A DNA stretch of 63,736 nt, the filler included, from Reclinomonas americana ATCC 50394 (taxonomy: Eukaryota), in NCBI GenBank assembly GCA_048213135.1. It is 5 parts of 2 records of this genome, joined end to end, with 100 filler letters (N's around TTAATTAATTAA, not from the genome) between each part and the next. Parts side by side here need not be neighbours in the genome. Positions count along the whole stretch, not along the records: positions 1 to 27,606 come from PS015142.1; 4 more parts are not named here. The stretch is one strand, 5' to 3'. Positions 11,700 through 25,400 of the stretch are shown here, one piece after another. How positions within the stretch are numbered: the first letter of the stretch is position 1; every line of letters begins with the position of its first letter. The notes below the pieces were generated by a model. The model was not told the origin of the DNA. It searched no databases and saw only the letters and a list, made by a program, of their open reading frames with translations. The position numbers were made by a program, and so were the translations under genes.

Positions 11700-14600
11700 T
11701 CACTCCAGTGCCTCCCCTTGCTGGCTCTTTGCTAGCTGCATGAGTGCCACACGCTCATTCGCTGACAAATCGCCTTGCTGCAGCCGGGCGACAAGTGCAT
11801 CGTAGTAACGTACTTGTGCATCAGTGTCCTCCTCGTCGGTGATTGTCGTCGAATCGTTGGCCGCCGACGCTGTCACCGCGGAAGCTGCAGCAGGTGGCGG
11901 ATGTGATGCGACAGCAGCTGCACGTGCAGGTGGTGTTGACAGGTGTGATTGTACGGCAGAGAGTGGAAGTGGGGGGATTGTCGGCGGGCCAGTAACAGTG
12001 ACCGCCGGTGGTGCGGCTTGTTTCTGTTGTTGTTGTTGCTGTTGCTGTTGTGTGGCTGTCGCCGCCGCCGCTGCTGCTGACGAAGCGCGCAAGGCAGCTG
12101 ATGTCCGCGGCGTGGTCTCCAGCACCGAATCGCGCAGCCGGTTTGCGCGCACCGCAATGTCATCCACCAGACGCCGCAGTTCGGCCACGTCACTCTGCAG
12201 CCAAGCGCGATCAACACACGAGGCTTCCCGACGGGAAAAAATGCACACGCACACATGCAAACAAACCTCGCCGGGCGAATTGCTTGGTCGCACCACTGGC
12301 TGCGAGTTGACACCCAGTCGTGCACTCAGCGTGCCGAGCGATCGCAGGCGGCCATTGTTGGCCGCCATGGCTCCCTGCGACGGTCTCTCCGACTCCACGT
12401 CGTTGGTGAATGGTCGTGGACTGTTCGGTGATGAGTGACTGACGGCGCCGGATTGCGTCTCGGCAAGTCGCTGCTTGATACGCAGTCGCAGGGCGGCTGC
12501 TGTGTCCGCGTGATCATCCAAGCTGGCATTAGACAGCAGTACATCGCCTCCACCAGAAGACACAGGGCCATTACGTTCTCGTTGTCGCTTCAGGTCGAGC
12601 AACAGGGACGCCTGCTCTGGTGACAGCGCGCGAAGGGCCTTGAGCTGGTAGCGGTCACACGAGTCAGTACTGCGAGTAGTCGCCACGCGCTCGCACACAC
12701 ACACNNNNNNNNNNNNNNNNNNNNNNNNNNNNNNNNNNNNNNNNNNNNNNNNNNNNNNNNNNNNNNNNNNNNNNNNNNNNNNNNNNNNNNNNNNNNNNNN
12801 NNNNNNNNNNNNNNNNNNNNNNNNNNNNNNNNNNNNNNNNNNNNNNNNNNNNNNNNNNNNNNNNNNNNNNNNNNNNNNNNNNNNNNNNNNNNNNNNNNNN
12901 NNNNNNNNNNNNNNNNNNNNNNNNNNNNNNNNNNNNNNNNNNNNNNNNNNNNNNNNNNNNNNNNNNNNNNNNNNNNNNNNNNNNNNNNNNNNNNNNNNNN
13001 NNNNNNNNNNNNNNNNNNNNNNNNNNNNNNNNNNNNNNNNNNNNNNNNNNNNNNNNNNNNNNNNNNNNNNNNNNNNNNNNNNNNNNNNNNNNNNNNNNNN
13101 NNNNNNNNNNNNNNNNNNNNNNNNNNNNNNNNNNNNNNNNNNNNNNNNNNNNNNNNNNNNNNNNNNNNNNNNNNNNNNNNNNNNNNNNNNNNNNNNNNNN
13201 NNNNNNNNNNNNNNNNNNNNNNNNNNNNNNNNNNNNNNNNNNNNNNNNNNNNNNNNNNNNNNNNNNNNNNNNNNNNNNNNNNNNNNNNNNNNNNNNNNNN
13301 NNNNNNNNNNNNNNNNNNNNNNNNNNNNNNNNNNNNNNNNNNNNNNNNNNNNNNNNNNNNNNNNNNNNNNNNNNNNNNNNNNNNNNNNNNNNNNNNNNNN
13401 NNNNNNNNNNNNNNNNNNNNNNNNNNNNNNNNNNNNNNNNGAACCTGCAGCCGCACAGCCTCCTCGGGAGATGCCGGTGTCGGCGAGTGCAACGACGCCA
13501 CGTCCAGTCGCGGTCGCCTATCTGCCTCCCAGAAAAGTGGGTCCGAGTCCGAGACACTCCACTGGTGATGCGATGAACCCGCGGGAGACCGTTTCCTGCC
13601 CGAGTCCGACATCTCCTCGTACTTGTTCAGCACGCGCTGCAGAATCGAGCTTTGCACCGGCGAGTCGGGTCCAACCGGACTACTGCCGAGAAGCTGGCGA
13701 AGGGCACTCAGCTCGCCCGCTTTCCTCTCCACTTCGGAGGTCACCAGGGTCAGCGCGGCCGTGTACGGTCCCGATGACGGTGGCCAGCCGACGTCGCTGT
13801 GTTCACCATTCGCACTCTCCCCCACCTCCATCGCCATGTCGTCGTCGGCACCGAAAGTCGCTGGCGCCGCAACATCGGCCTCTGGTGCCTCCGACATGGA
13901 CGGGGCGGGCTTGGTAGATACGGCTGATCGCGCGTTTGTCAGTAAACTGCGAAGGCCACCCGCTGGAGAAAAATGACAAAGAGATTGTTGAGCACACTCT
14001 CGAGACGATTGACGACTGCCACGAGTAGAAACACAAAAATGGAGACCTCGCGGAGACTCTGAGACGGCAGGAGCTGCAGCCGGAGCTGGTGCGGTCACCG
14101 TGATATCTGTGCACACAAATGGCGCGCAACAATGAGAGATGCGCAGAGACTTTCATCGGTACCGTGAAAGGGGGGGTTACCTGTTGACGTCCCCGCCGAT
14201 CCGGCGGCCGTCTGACCACCATTCAGCACTGCACTCAGCGACGATGCGTGCGCCGTCCGCAGAGATTTGGTGAGCGGGTGTGCGGCGGCGGCGCGTGCGC
14301 CGGCCGTGGCCTCCTCGTCCTCGAGCAGAGCGCGCTCGGATTCCGATACCAGCGCAGCGCCAGAGGGATCCTGCAGCAACTCGTGCGCCTTCGATGACAG
14401 GCCAAGTTCCACACGCAGCGCATGGTCCGACGCGCTGACAAGCGGCGAGCGCTCATCCAACGTTGGATCGGAGGCCGTGGATGAGGCCGACATGATGGCG
14501 ACCGACAGCGGGTCTTCGCCACTCCGCGTCACTTCGTCGTCCCGCACCTCCATGTGCGGTACTGCCAACATCGCCAACTTCATCTGCAGTCCGTGCAGCA

Positions 14601-16908
14601 CAGCATCTGCGGGAGGTTACACTGAGACAAGGGAGAGAATACATCAATGATGGGCATGGAAGGGGGCGCAACTGTCAGCGGGGCCGTGCTGCCGTGCTTG
14701 CTCACGGGCCTGCATGCGCAACAGCGCCTCCATGATGCCACCGTCGGATCCTGAGCCAGTGGCGTGCGAGACTGCCGCGCCAGGCTGTTCGCGTACACAC
14801 AAGCGTGAGTCACACGACACAGGCCACACATGTCGTGCACATGTACCTGTTGCAGCACCTTCAGCGCCGATCGCAGATCACCGAGCTCCTGACTCAAGTA
14901 CTGCTCCTCCTCCTCCCACTCCTTGTGCAGCCGTTTGCGGTTGGCGGCATTGAGAACGGACTGGATCTGCGCACCAGAGACGGAATTAAGCGAGCGACAC
15001 GGCAAAGGTGTTTTTCTCCCACGGATCGAACCTTCTGAACCTCAATGTTGCGCTTCAGTCTCAACGCTCGTCGCTGCTCTTCGATCTCGAGAAATGCCGC
15101 CAGCCGCGTCGGCGACATGCGACCAAGCAACTCAGAATTGGCAATCAACTCCACATCCTCGTACAGCGACGGTTGTGCACTGTGCACCGAGCCGGCTCCA
15201 GCACGTGCTGCATCCTCGTCTCCCTGTTGCGGTTGCTGCTGATATTCGTCGACTCCGTTAGCTTCGCTTGCATGCGCCTCGCCCGTGCCGTTCGGCTCGG
15301 TTGCTCGAGTCAAGTACCGCTCCGAAGTCTGCAGACTGCGCTCCACCTGTGAGCGCACCCGCCGCAACGCCTCCAAGTCCTGTGCATACACACACACACA
15401 CACACGTCAGGCGACTCTGCGATGCGATGGTACCTCCCAGGAAACATCACGCAACATCATCGCCCAGGTGTTGTTGTTGCTGCTGCTGCTGTTGCTGCTG
15501 TGCATCACTGGCCTGTGCCAGGCCACTGTGCGTACTCTGTGTCTCCGATCCGGCAGACAGCGCACCGTAACGCTCCGCACGAGCACGAATGTCATCAATG
15601 ACTTCCCGCAACGACCGACCCTGCAGCGAGCTGGAGTGCATGCCGGAGGAACCCGTGGACGACAACGAGCGCAGATCGGCCGACTGGCCCTGTCCACGCT
15701 GGCCTCCGTTCTCCATTCCTCTGCCCCGTTGCGCACTCATCTCCTCCAGCGCACGCAAGTCGCGCAGAGTCGATGCATCGCCTGACACGCTGCACACAGT
15801 CGACGAAGAAACGAGATGAGGATCACGAAAGTAGTAGTGGTGTGGCACCCCATCGTCGTACCCTTGCAACGCGCCCTCTGGACTCCATCCCGCAGTGCTG
15901 CCGATCGCCGACAGGTCGTACGAACTGCGTTGTACGCGATGGAGTGAGCCACTGCTGTCACACTCTCTTTCTTCGCTCTGCCTCACGGGACGCAACAGGT
16001 CATCGTCATGCACTCCATCGTCGTGAACCTCGGGACGGAACATCGGATGCTCTCGCACAAGCACAAACAGCTGGTCAATCATAAACTTGAGGTCTTCCTC
16101 CACCGGCAACGCCTGCACCTCCCACGCCGCAATTCAGCACCAAGCACGCCAAGAAACACACCACACGGAAATCACCTCACGAAAGAGCACCGACAGCTGA
16201 TCGCGAATGCGTCCAAGTCGCCGCGCAATCTTGTTCGCCAGGTCAGGTCGCTCTCGCGTAAGCAGCCGCACACGTGCAAACTCGGTGAACATCAAGTCCT
16301 TCAAACACACACACATCAGCTCCACGACCTGGAAAACGAGACATAGAGAGAGAAACATCCTCCTCACCAGCGTCTCTTGGTGCTGATTGACGAGCAGCTT
16401 GGAGCGCTCATCCAGCGCTCGAGTCTGCTTCTGCGTAGCGCGCTTGATGCCATACGGGTCCTGCTTCCGCTCCTCTCGACGCTGCTCCATCTTGCGCAAC
16501 TGCTCACACATACAACAACAACACACATTCATACGACTGTAAGCAAGCGATGCTTCCACGCGCGTGTGCATGCACGTGTGCGTGCGTGCGTGTGCGTGTG
16601 TGCGTGTGTCTCTCGCGTGTGGCGATGGGTCGTCGATGACGCGATCCCCCACTCTCACTCCCTCTCTCACACACACACGCGCTCACTCCAGCGCCATTGC
16701 GCACCTTGTAGTCCTTGAGTTTGTCGTCCAACTGGCGACGCAGCGCGCGGACCTCGTTCCACTCCTGCATCTTGCGGTCGACGTTCTCCTCCAGCGATCG
16801 GGCCCGACTCTGCTCCCGCGAGGAGCGCTCGGCCAGCGACCGCCGTGTCTCGGCGCGTGCATAGTCGGGATTCACCACCGCCGCAATGGCCGGCACACCT
16901 CGTCGCAT
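11700..16908 (-). CDS. Orphan multi-exon coiled-coil/low-complexity protein
   Basis: Chain of minus-strand exon-like ORFs from MRRGVPAIAAVVNPDY through RKMQEWNEVRALRRQLDDKLK, QALPVEEDLKFMIDQLF and LEIEEQRRALRLKRNIE to QLAKSQQGEALE-stop. One gene versus two is uncertain because of the gap at 12705-13440. Confidence 0.55.
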
Positions 16909-17011
16909 GATAATCGCAGACTTCGGTCGTGAGTGAGTCTCGTCAGCGGCTCCAAATCCGTCAGTCGGCCACATTTGTAGAGCACAATCGGGCCGTTTCA
17001 GTGCGTTTCGC

Positions 17012-19385
17012 ATGGCATCGCTGCCTCGTGAGCGATCACGTGGGCCCAGCGCCGATGAGTACTACATGCTTCACGACTACCGGATGACAGGCAACAGCGA
17101 CCTTCAGTCGTCGCTGAACAAGTCGCCGATGTTGTTGTCGCCGATGCGACGGGGCTCTGTCCGACCGCAGTCGTCCGCGTCGATCAAGTCGCCGTCGAGT
17201 GCGGCAACCACAGCTGGTGGCGAGTCGATACCGCAGAGTGCGGCAGTGGAGATCACCATGCTGAAGAACACGGTGGCTCGGCAAACTCAAGCGATTGCCG
17301 ATTTGCAGTTTGATGTGAGCAGAGAGACATCGAAGATTGTCTTTGCGTGTGCGCGCGAGGTCCTGACGCTGCGCTCGCCTGTGCGTAACCGCAGTATTCA
17401 CGTATCACTGACGAGAATCAAACCCTGCGGCGACAACTGACAGTTCGTATCCACATAAATACTGTCTTCTCCCTCTCCCTCCTGGCTGATGAGCGTGTGC
17501 ATGTGCACAGGAGACACGTGCGGCACTAAAGGCCAACGACGACAAGGTCGAGCGACTCTTCATGAACGCTCGGCGACGCGAGGTGCTGTGGGAGGAGCAA
17601 CGCAAGAAGATGTTGTGGCAAATTGCCCAGCTGCACGTCGACTTGTCGAAAAAAGACGGCGGCGACACTGGCGGCGCTGCTCCGGCGAGTGCCGGTGCCA
17701 GTGCACGCATGACAGCGGCCGACCGCGAGTCGCCGACGCCCGAGAGACTTGGCGAGACCACCGAGGGGGGAGCGTCGATGTTGGAGTTGTCTCCGACTCC
17801 TGTCGTTGTGCCCCGACGGCCACAATCGGCAGTGTTGGGTTCTGCCGGCGCCGCCTCGCGACTGGCATACGCAGGTGTATCGCGGCCCAACTCGGCTGCA
17901 TCGGTGAGTCGCTTCGTCGTCAGCAGGACTCGGCCGCCGTCGGCCATCGCCACCCTGTCTGGCGACGTCGTGGCCAGCAGCGAGCACGGTCCGGAGCTTC
18001 TCGACGACGGCGATTACGACGCCTTGGAGAGCAACATTGTGGACATTCCCGAAAGCGTGCTGCAGGTCGTACGCAAGGTGGACAGCGATATTGCGCGCCA
18101 GACGCTCCTCGACTTGTACCGGCAGCTATCGCGGCAACAGAAGCAAAACATGATTACACACGCTGCGCAGGCGGAACTGATTCATCGGCAGACGGCGCAG
18201 GTTTGGACTTGCCGTTTCGTGCACGCAACTTACGGGAGCTAAAGGAAAACCTGTCCGTTGAATGTCACAGCTGAGCCAGTTGACAGTGGCACTCAAGTCG
18301 GAGAGTCGTCAGAGACAGTCTGCGATGATTGAGGTGGAAAAGACGCGGGACCACTGTCAGAAGCTGACCGAGAGATACGAGGAGGAACTGCAGCGTGTGC
18401 GGACCGAGTGCGCCGACGTCGTGCAGAGTCTGCGTGTGCAGCTGGAGCAGCTGAGACGGGCGCTGTCGCTGCAGGCGTTGCACGAGAAGCATGCCGCTGA
18501 GGCCGCCGCGGTTCGTGTTCAGTCTCGCAAGGTGCAAGCGCGTTCCACTGACGATATCTTGCAGGTGGCAGACGAGCGTGCGGCCATTGAAGAGCGCGAA
18601 CGCGATGTGGCGCAGGTGGCACAATTGGCAGTCGTACATGAGTTTCGTGCGCGTGCGCCATCAGTTGTTCTTAGCGAAACCACGCTGTGGCTCATGCGCT
18701 TTCATCGCACGCAGAATCTGGCGGATGGATGCCAAGGTGAGTGTGTACGGGTCGTAGGAAGTGCGCCTCTCGTAACTCAAACGGGCGGTCAGGTGCGAGC
18801 AACCGACCCCAAAGTCGATGGTTCGTCGCAAAGTTGGCTCTTCCTGCTGCCGGATCGGCACACGTCCAAAGTCCTTGTCAAGGTGTGTGTGTGTGTGTGT
18901 GTCATCAGCGTACCTGCATCCTGTGACTCTCACACCACCAACACGCGCACAACTAGCTGAATACGGCGGCCGAGATGAATACCCTCATCCAGAACGCCAC
19001 CGACATGTCGAAAAAGTACGACCCTGTGCAGTACCGCCGCGCTCGAAACGTGATTCTCCGCAGTTGCGTCTGCTCTCTCCCTCTCCTCCTCTCCACTTCC
19101 GTTCCTTGAACCTCACGAGTTCCACCCGCAGAACCTCATCACGTGCAAGTGGCTCGCCATGCTGCACATGGCCGTCGTCACAACGCGGGTCGCGTCACCG
19201 ACGTGCGACGACCGACAAAACCGCTGTTTGATATCGACGCTGTCCTCGCGACGACTGCGGGTGACACCGGCACCAATGTCAACAGCGGCAGTAGCAGCAG
19301 CAGCAGAAGTACGAGCAGCTGGAGTATCGATGGTCCAGTGGAGCCTGTCGACGACGATGAAGACGACGGTGGTACTGACGACTGA
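17012..19385 (+). CDS. Orphan multi-exon coiled-coil protein
   Basis: Exon ORFs MASLPRERSRG..., MNARRREVLWEEQRKKMLWQIAQL..., LSQLTVALKSESRQRQSAMIEVEK... and an acidic terminal exon ending DDGGTDD-TGA, separated by short GT-AG introns. Confidence 0.6.
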
Positions 19386-19418
19386 CGAAACACACCTACA
19401 GATGCCGACAATCTCTCT

Positions 19419-22400
19419 TTACAAGGACATGTTCAACAAAATATCCGTGTCCTCCCGTGAGCGACGCTCCTGCAAGCCAGCCAGCCAGACAAGCCATCAG
19501 TGCCACATGTCGGAAGCCACGAGACAAGAGTAAAATAACTCACCAAGTATTCCTTAAATGCCTCACGCGACATGCGAGGTGAGCCGGTTCCGCGTGCTGA
19601 AGCTGCATGCGAAGGAGTGTGAGAAATGCAACAGCATCGACACCAACAATAAGCGATGCCGCATACCACTGCCATTGCTTGCTTCTCCGCGTCTTGCCGA
19701 CACGGGGGCGGACGGCGGACTGGACAAGTCGCTCAATTGCAGAGGACGAGGAGCTGCGCTGCCACCGGATGCCGGATTCTGGTGTTTCCGTACAGAGGGC
19801 TGTCGAGGCGAGACCAGAGCGTTCACCTGTGCAGAGGGCGGCTGGCCGCCGGCACCACGTGCGGCAAATGCCTGCGCAAACGATTGCTTCACTGACGCCA
19901 GAGCCGACCGAGGTGAAAGCGGAGCCTTGCCTCCACTGCCACTGCAACAAAAGAATTGAGTGCGGGCAAGTTAAAGATACGCGCGCGTGTGTGCCAAGGA
20001 GCAACGCAACAGGCCGCCACCAGTCGCGCCTTTTGTCGCGGCAGGAGACCTCGGTGAATGTATTGGTGAGCTCTTCTTGTTGGCAGCAATCACCACGTGC
20101 GGCAAGTCCGCAGCGGCGGCGGCGGCCGCAGCACCAGACGAGGAACCACGAGGTGTGGCCGCAGCTGAAGGTGGCGAGCTGAGACCGACCGGCGAGCCGG
20201 CAGCACCAGATGACGATCCAGTGGACACTGCGGTCGGCCGTGAAACAAGTTAACACGAGCACACACACACGTGTGGTGACGAGCGATAGCATGCTTACCA
20301 CGTGCAAACGACCGGATTCGCTGCTTCAGCATCGTGTTCTCCTTGTTCAGCTTGCCGATGACCTCTCGCAGCGTCTCGTTCTCGTGCTGCGTCTCGTGCA
20401 CCTGGTGCCGGGCCTCCACGTACCGTTCAGAGTACACTTGTGCATTGGCCTGAGCCTCGCGCAACATGATCAGAGCCTCACGGAGTCCTGCGTGAGTATA
20501 TGTGGGTTAATGCCATTGTGCCAATTGGGATGCATCACACGCGTGACGAACCTCGACGGCGCTCGCCGCCACTCGGTGCTGTCAACTCGTTCACCAGCGT
20601 ACCCGTAAAGTTGGAGTTGCCCGGAGCGACGCCCTTGTACGTGTACTTGTGTAGTGAGTCGTACTGCGTCTTCCCGGCCAGCGTCAGCGCCATGGCCACA
20701 TCCTTGTTGCCTGTTCACAAGATGCGGGTCGCCTTTAGCCTCAACACGGGTCATGTACACACCACCACAAGCAGATGCTTACCTCGGGCTGCAGCCAATC
20801 GCATGTTGGGGCCAGTCGAGTCCTCCACATCCAGCTGCTCCATCAGTGTGGCGACCAACTCTGCGCAGTCACCAACGGGTCAGCTTATGGTCCCAATGTT
20901 CCCTCTCCCTCTCCCTCTCTCACACACGCACCCTCTCCTGATGAAGAGGCACTGGCGTCACCGTCAAAGGAAAGCGGTTCAGGAGCGGCACTGGTGGCAC
21001 CTGCACTGCAATGTGAATCCATTGATGTCCCACAGCCTCGTTCCCTAGTAAGACGTACCCGATGATCCTGTGCTGCTGAAAGCGGCGCTGATGGGCTCGC
21101 CAGTGATGCACTGCAGCAGGAGCTGAGGCGAGAACGACTTGAGTTTGGAAAAGTCCAGATGCTGCAGGCGGGCACCAATCTCGCGGACATCGGCCGAGTT
21201 CGGTGGCACCTGCAGAGTGCACATCATGCAGGGTGAGCTCAAGCCGTGACGCAAATCGCGGGAAANNNNNNNNNNNNNNNNNNNNNNNNNNNNNNNNNNN
21301 NNNNNNNNNNNNNNNNNNNNNNNNNNNNNNNNNNNNNNNNNNNNNNNNNNNNNNNNNNNNNNNNNNNNNNNNNNNNNNNNNNNNNNNNNNNNNNNNNNNN
21401 NNNNNNNNNNNNNNNNNNNNNNNNNNNNNNNNNNNNNNNNNNNNNNNNNNNNNNNNNNNNNNNNNNNNNNNNNNNNNNNNNNNNNNNNNNNNNNNNNNNN
21501 NNNNNNNNNNNNNNNNNNNNNNNNNNNNNNNNNNNNNNNNNNNNNNNNNNNNNNNNNNNNNNNNNNNNNNNNNNNNNNNNNNNNNNNNNNNNNNNNNNNN
21601 NNNNNNNNNNNNNNNNNNNNNNNNNNNNNNNNNNNNNNNNNNNNNNNNNNNNNNNNNNNNNNNNNNNNNNNNNNNNNNNNNNNNNNNNNNNNNNNNNNNN
21701 NNNNNNNNNNNNNNNNNNNNNNNNNNNNNNNNNNNNNNNNNNNNNNNNNNNNNNNNNNNNNNNNNNNNNNNNNNNNNNNNNNNNNNNNNNNNNNNNNNNN
21801 NNNNNNNNNNNNNNNNNNNNNNNNNNNNNNNNNNNNNNNNNNNNNNNNNNNNNNNNNNNNNNNNNNNNNNNNNNNNNNNNNNNNNNNNNNNNNNNNNNNN
21901 NNNNNNNNNNNNNNNNNNNNNNNNNNNNNNNNNNNNNNNNNNNNNNNNNNNNNNNNNNNNNNNNNNNNNNNNNNNNNNNNNNNNNNNNNNNNNNNCAATC
22001 CACAAACACACACAACTGGAATCGATGTGGGCGACTTGATTTGCCCAGGAGGACGCTGTATCGAGCGGGCTCTGCACAGTGCATTGTCACTCTCTCACGG
22101 TCCTCATACAAACGCGGAGTGAGGGAAGCGCAACTTGGGCGAGTTCGGGGCGCGATACGTGTGCGCAATGTACAGCGCTTGCATAAAGAGTGTCCAGTCG
22201 GCGAAGCGCTTCTCCATTGCTTTTGTCTTGGCGAGCGCGGCGTCAGTCTCGCCGACTCTGTGTGAAAAAGACAGTTGAGCGACAACAAGCAACGCAAGAC
22301 AGCATGACAAGCGAATCGGAGACGCACTTATCCTCAGCCACCTTGCGCCAATGAGCGGATTCGGACTCCACAGCCGAGAGGCGCACTGTCGCCTGTCGGC

Positions 22401-25400
22401 TTTGTTCGTCCAGCGTACGTTGGAGGGAAGCAATCGTCTCGTCGCGCTGGCTCACCGTGTGCGACAACTCCGCCTATTGGAGCAATCCAGCAGTCTGTTT
22501 AAGCGCACATCTCTCGAGTGACGAGGAGTGCTGACATACCACGCGAGCCTTGGCTTGGTGCAGGTCGCGAATCACAGCGTCCTTGCGCATGTTGTCCGAC
22601 TTGAGTGCCTGGATTTGCAACTCAAACTCGCGACGCGCCACCTGCTCGTGCGACGCAGCCTCCTGTCGTACCGACACCATCTGCTGGCAACGGTCAGTAC
22701 AACGCACTTTCTGATTCGCACGCAAGCTCGCCGTACCTTTTCGGCCGTGTTCATTTCGTCGGCACGCGCCTTGGCCAGCCGCGACTCTTGCGCCTGCAAC
22801 TCGGCACGTAATTGTGCGTGCGCAGCCTCGTGTCGTGCAAGTTCGGCCGCATGCTCAATGGTCAGCTTCTTGATCATGTCCTCCTTCTCCACCACCTGTG
22901 CAAGGACACTGTGAACTCCCCGCCCAGCGACTTCATCACACGAGTTGCAGCAGCAGCAACGCACCACTTGCTGGAGGAATGAAATATGCTCCAGCAGGTG
23001 CTTGTTTGTCTTGGTCAGGTCGGTCTCAATGTTGCCGGCCTTGGCTTGCAGCTGGGAAGCGACCCACACACTTCAGAGATCAACACACATGCGCGAAAAA
23101 AGCGTCACATTTTTGCGTAGAGACGTACCGTGATGAGCAGATCCTCCTTGTGGTTGAGAGCCTGTTCCAACTCGTTCGCCCGTTCGTTGCTGCGCTGCAG
23201 CTCATCACGCAGCATCTCAATTGTCGACGACAGATCCTGTTCGCGCTTCACCTCTGCGTACACGCTACGTGCAGCAGCCTCTGCACCGGCGTTGTTGAGG
23301 ACGTGAGCTGATGGACTCGGCTGTGAAGGCGCCGGTGGCGAACTGTGCATGCCGCTGCCACCACCACCACCACCACCACCACCACCACCACGTGGACTGC
23401 CGAGGCGCTCTGGAGTCGGTGGTTCGTCCTCCTCCGAGTCCGAATCCGACGGCGGCGCTCGGCTCCGCAATTTCTCCTCTGTCCGCTCATGCGAAAGCAC
23501 AGTTCGCAGTTGCGACGGCAGCAGCACTGGTATCGAGCTGCCGTCTGCCGCAGACATCATCCGTGGAGTACGCATGTCACGCTCCTTCTTCGCCTCGCGC
23601 ACCACATTCGTCAACTGTTCCAGTGGGTCGAGTGGCCCGTCCGACGAGGCCTGTGACCCGGGTGCAGGTGCAGGCGCTGGGCTGGCAGTGGACGCTGGGG
23701 TAGTCTTGGCACGTGGTCGCAATGCATCGTGCGTAGCTCCGCCTCGCTGAGTGCTGCCACTGGACGAGTCGCCAGCAGACGCGGAGCTCGTCTCACGGCG
23801 AGAAATCTGCAGGTCGGTGAGCGACTGACATTAGCGTATTCAGCAAGGCAACACGTCATCGAAGAACCTCGGGCAGGCTGTTCACAGGTGGCGGAACTGG
23901 GCCCAGCGCTCCACGCTCCATGAGCTCCCGCATAAGGTCCTCCAACTCTTCCGAGTCCGCGTCCTTTCGATACAACAGCAAGTCAGAGACACCACGTGCG
24001 TGGGCAGTCTCGCACTCACACACGCGTACACACCTCGCCGTCGTCATCATCGTCATCATCGTCGTAATGGCCGTCAAGGTGACTGCTGCTGCTGCTGAAT
24101 CGCTCAACCTCCACCGGCTCCCCTACCGTTGCACCGTGCGGCTTCATGGGCGACTCTCCCGGCGGCATCGACATTGCAGCCTGTCGCGGGGACGAGGCGC
24201 TCTTCACGCGCCCCATCTTGTGTTCACCATCAAAGCCGGCCTGCGCAATGTCGACCAGTGGCACATCAACGGCCGAGCGGTGTACAGGCGGTTCGCCGTA
24301 CGCTTGGTGATGATCATCGTCTTCACCATCGTGGCCGTTGACCTCTGTGGCCTGCAGTTTCCACGCATGCAAAATGAACACACCAATGCCCCACACTCGG
24401 ACACATTTTCCTGTTCCTCCTCGCCACATACCAGGCGCATGAGAGCGGAGGGCGGCGACTGCGGCAGCGCATCGAGTGCAGCGATGTGGTGTCTTTCAGT
24501 CTGCACAGAACGGAGGGCGATAAGTGACGAAGTGCAACAGACTCCATCATGCCGTAGCACTGCAGTGCACTCACTCCCAGGAATGGATATCGCTTCGGCT
24601 GCGGGTGCAAGTCAGTCATGACACAAGAACGCGTGGGAGGGACCGCAGCAGCAGCAAGGACGCACCAAACCGCTGTGCTGGACAGCGACTTGAATGGAGG
24701 GAACTTCGTCGCCCATGAAACCGAGCCCTGCTCCGGAGCCTGCCACAGCAACGACTGTCAGAAGACACAAACATGTAGATGTATAACACCTTCAACAGTG
24801 TTCGCAACGGAAGGAAGCGCTGTTCTTGTGTTGTGCAGAGATGATGGAGGTTTGCAGGAGTGACAGCTTGCTCTCAATACCCGCCCGAAGCTCCGCCAGA
24901 CTCAGCTTGCGGTTCGGGGATCCGTCCACCTCACTGGCCATGAGTGCAGCCTGAGCCTACACGCACAGAGTGAGCACAATCACGACGACGGTCACTGAAA
25001 GCAACGCCTCTCACCTCGGTGGGCTCACGCTGGGCAAGCATGTTGTGCAGGCGACGGATCTCAGCCTTGTAACGCAGGATCAACGCCTGGCTGTCGTCGT
25101 TGGTCTGCTTGCGCGAAAATGTGGAGATGTGAGTTTGCCTGTTCTTCCTCCTCTCATCATCGCCCAGACTTACCTCATTGCGCGTCGGCGAGTTCACAAT
25201 CTTGCGCATGTTCTGGCAGAAGCGAAGGGTGCTAGGCAAGAGGTGTGAGAGATTTCAACTCAACTCACTGATTCTTCTCACAGGCGCGGGATCAAGGCAC
25301 ACCTCTGGCTCTCCTCGGCGTGCTCGATGCACGGAGTCACGCAGCAAATGATCACCAATTTCGAGTTGCCACCGAGTGATTGCTGCAGGAAGCGAGTGAG

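Noticed and set aside
14100-14135. Minus-strand GTTGCG at ~14130 as another shifted donor
   Set aside because: It would give a ~24-nt intron. An upstream G|GTAACC donor (~14180) fits the phase, so this copy is intron-internal and was excluded from the count.
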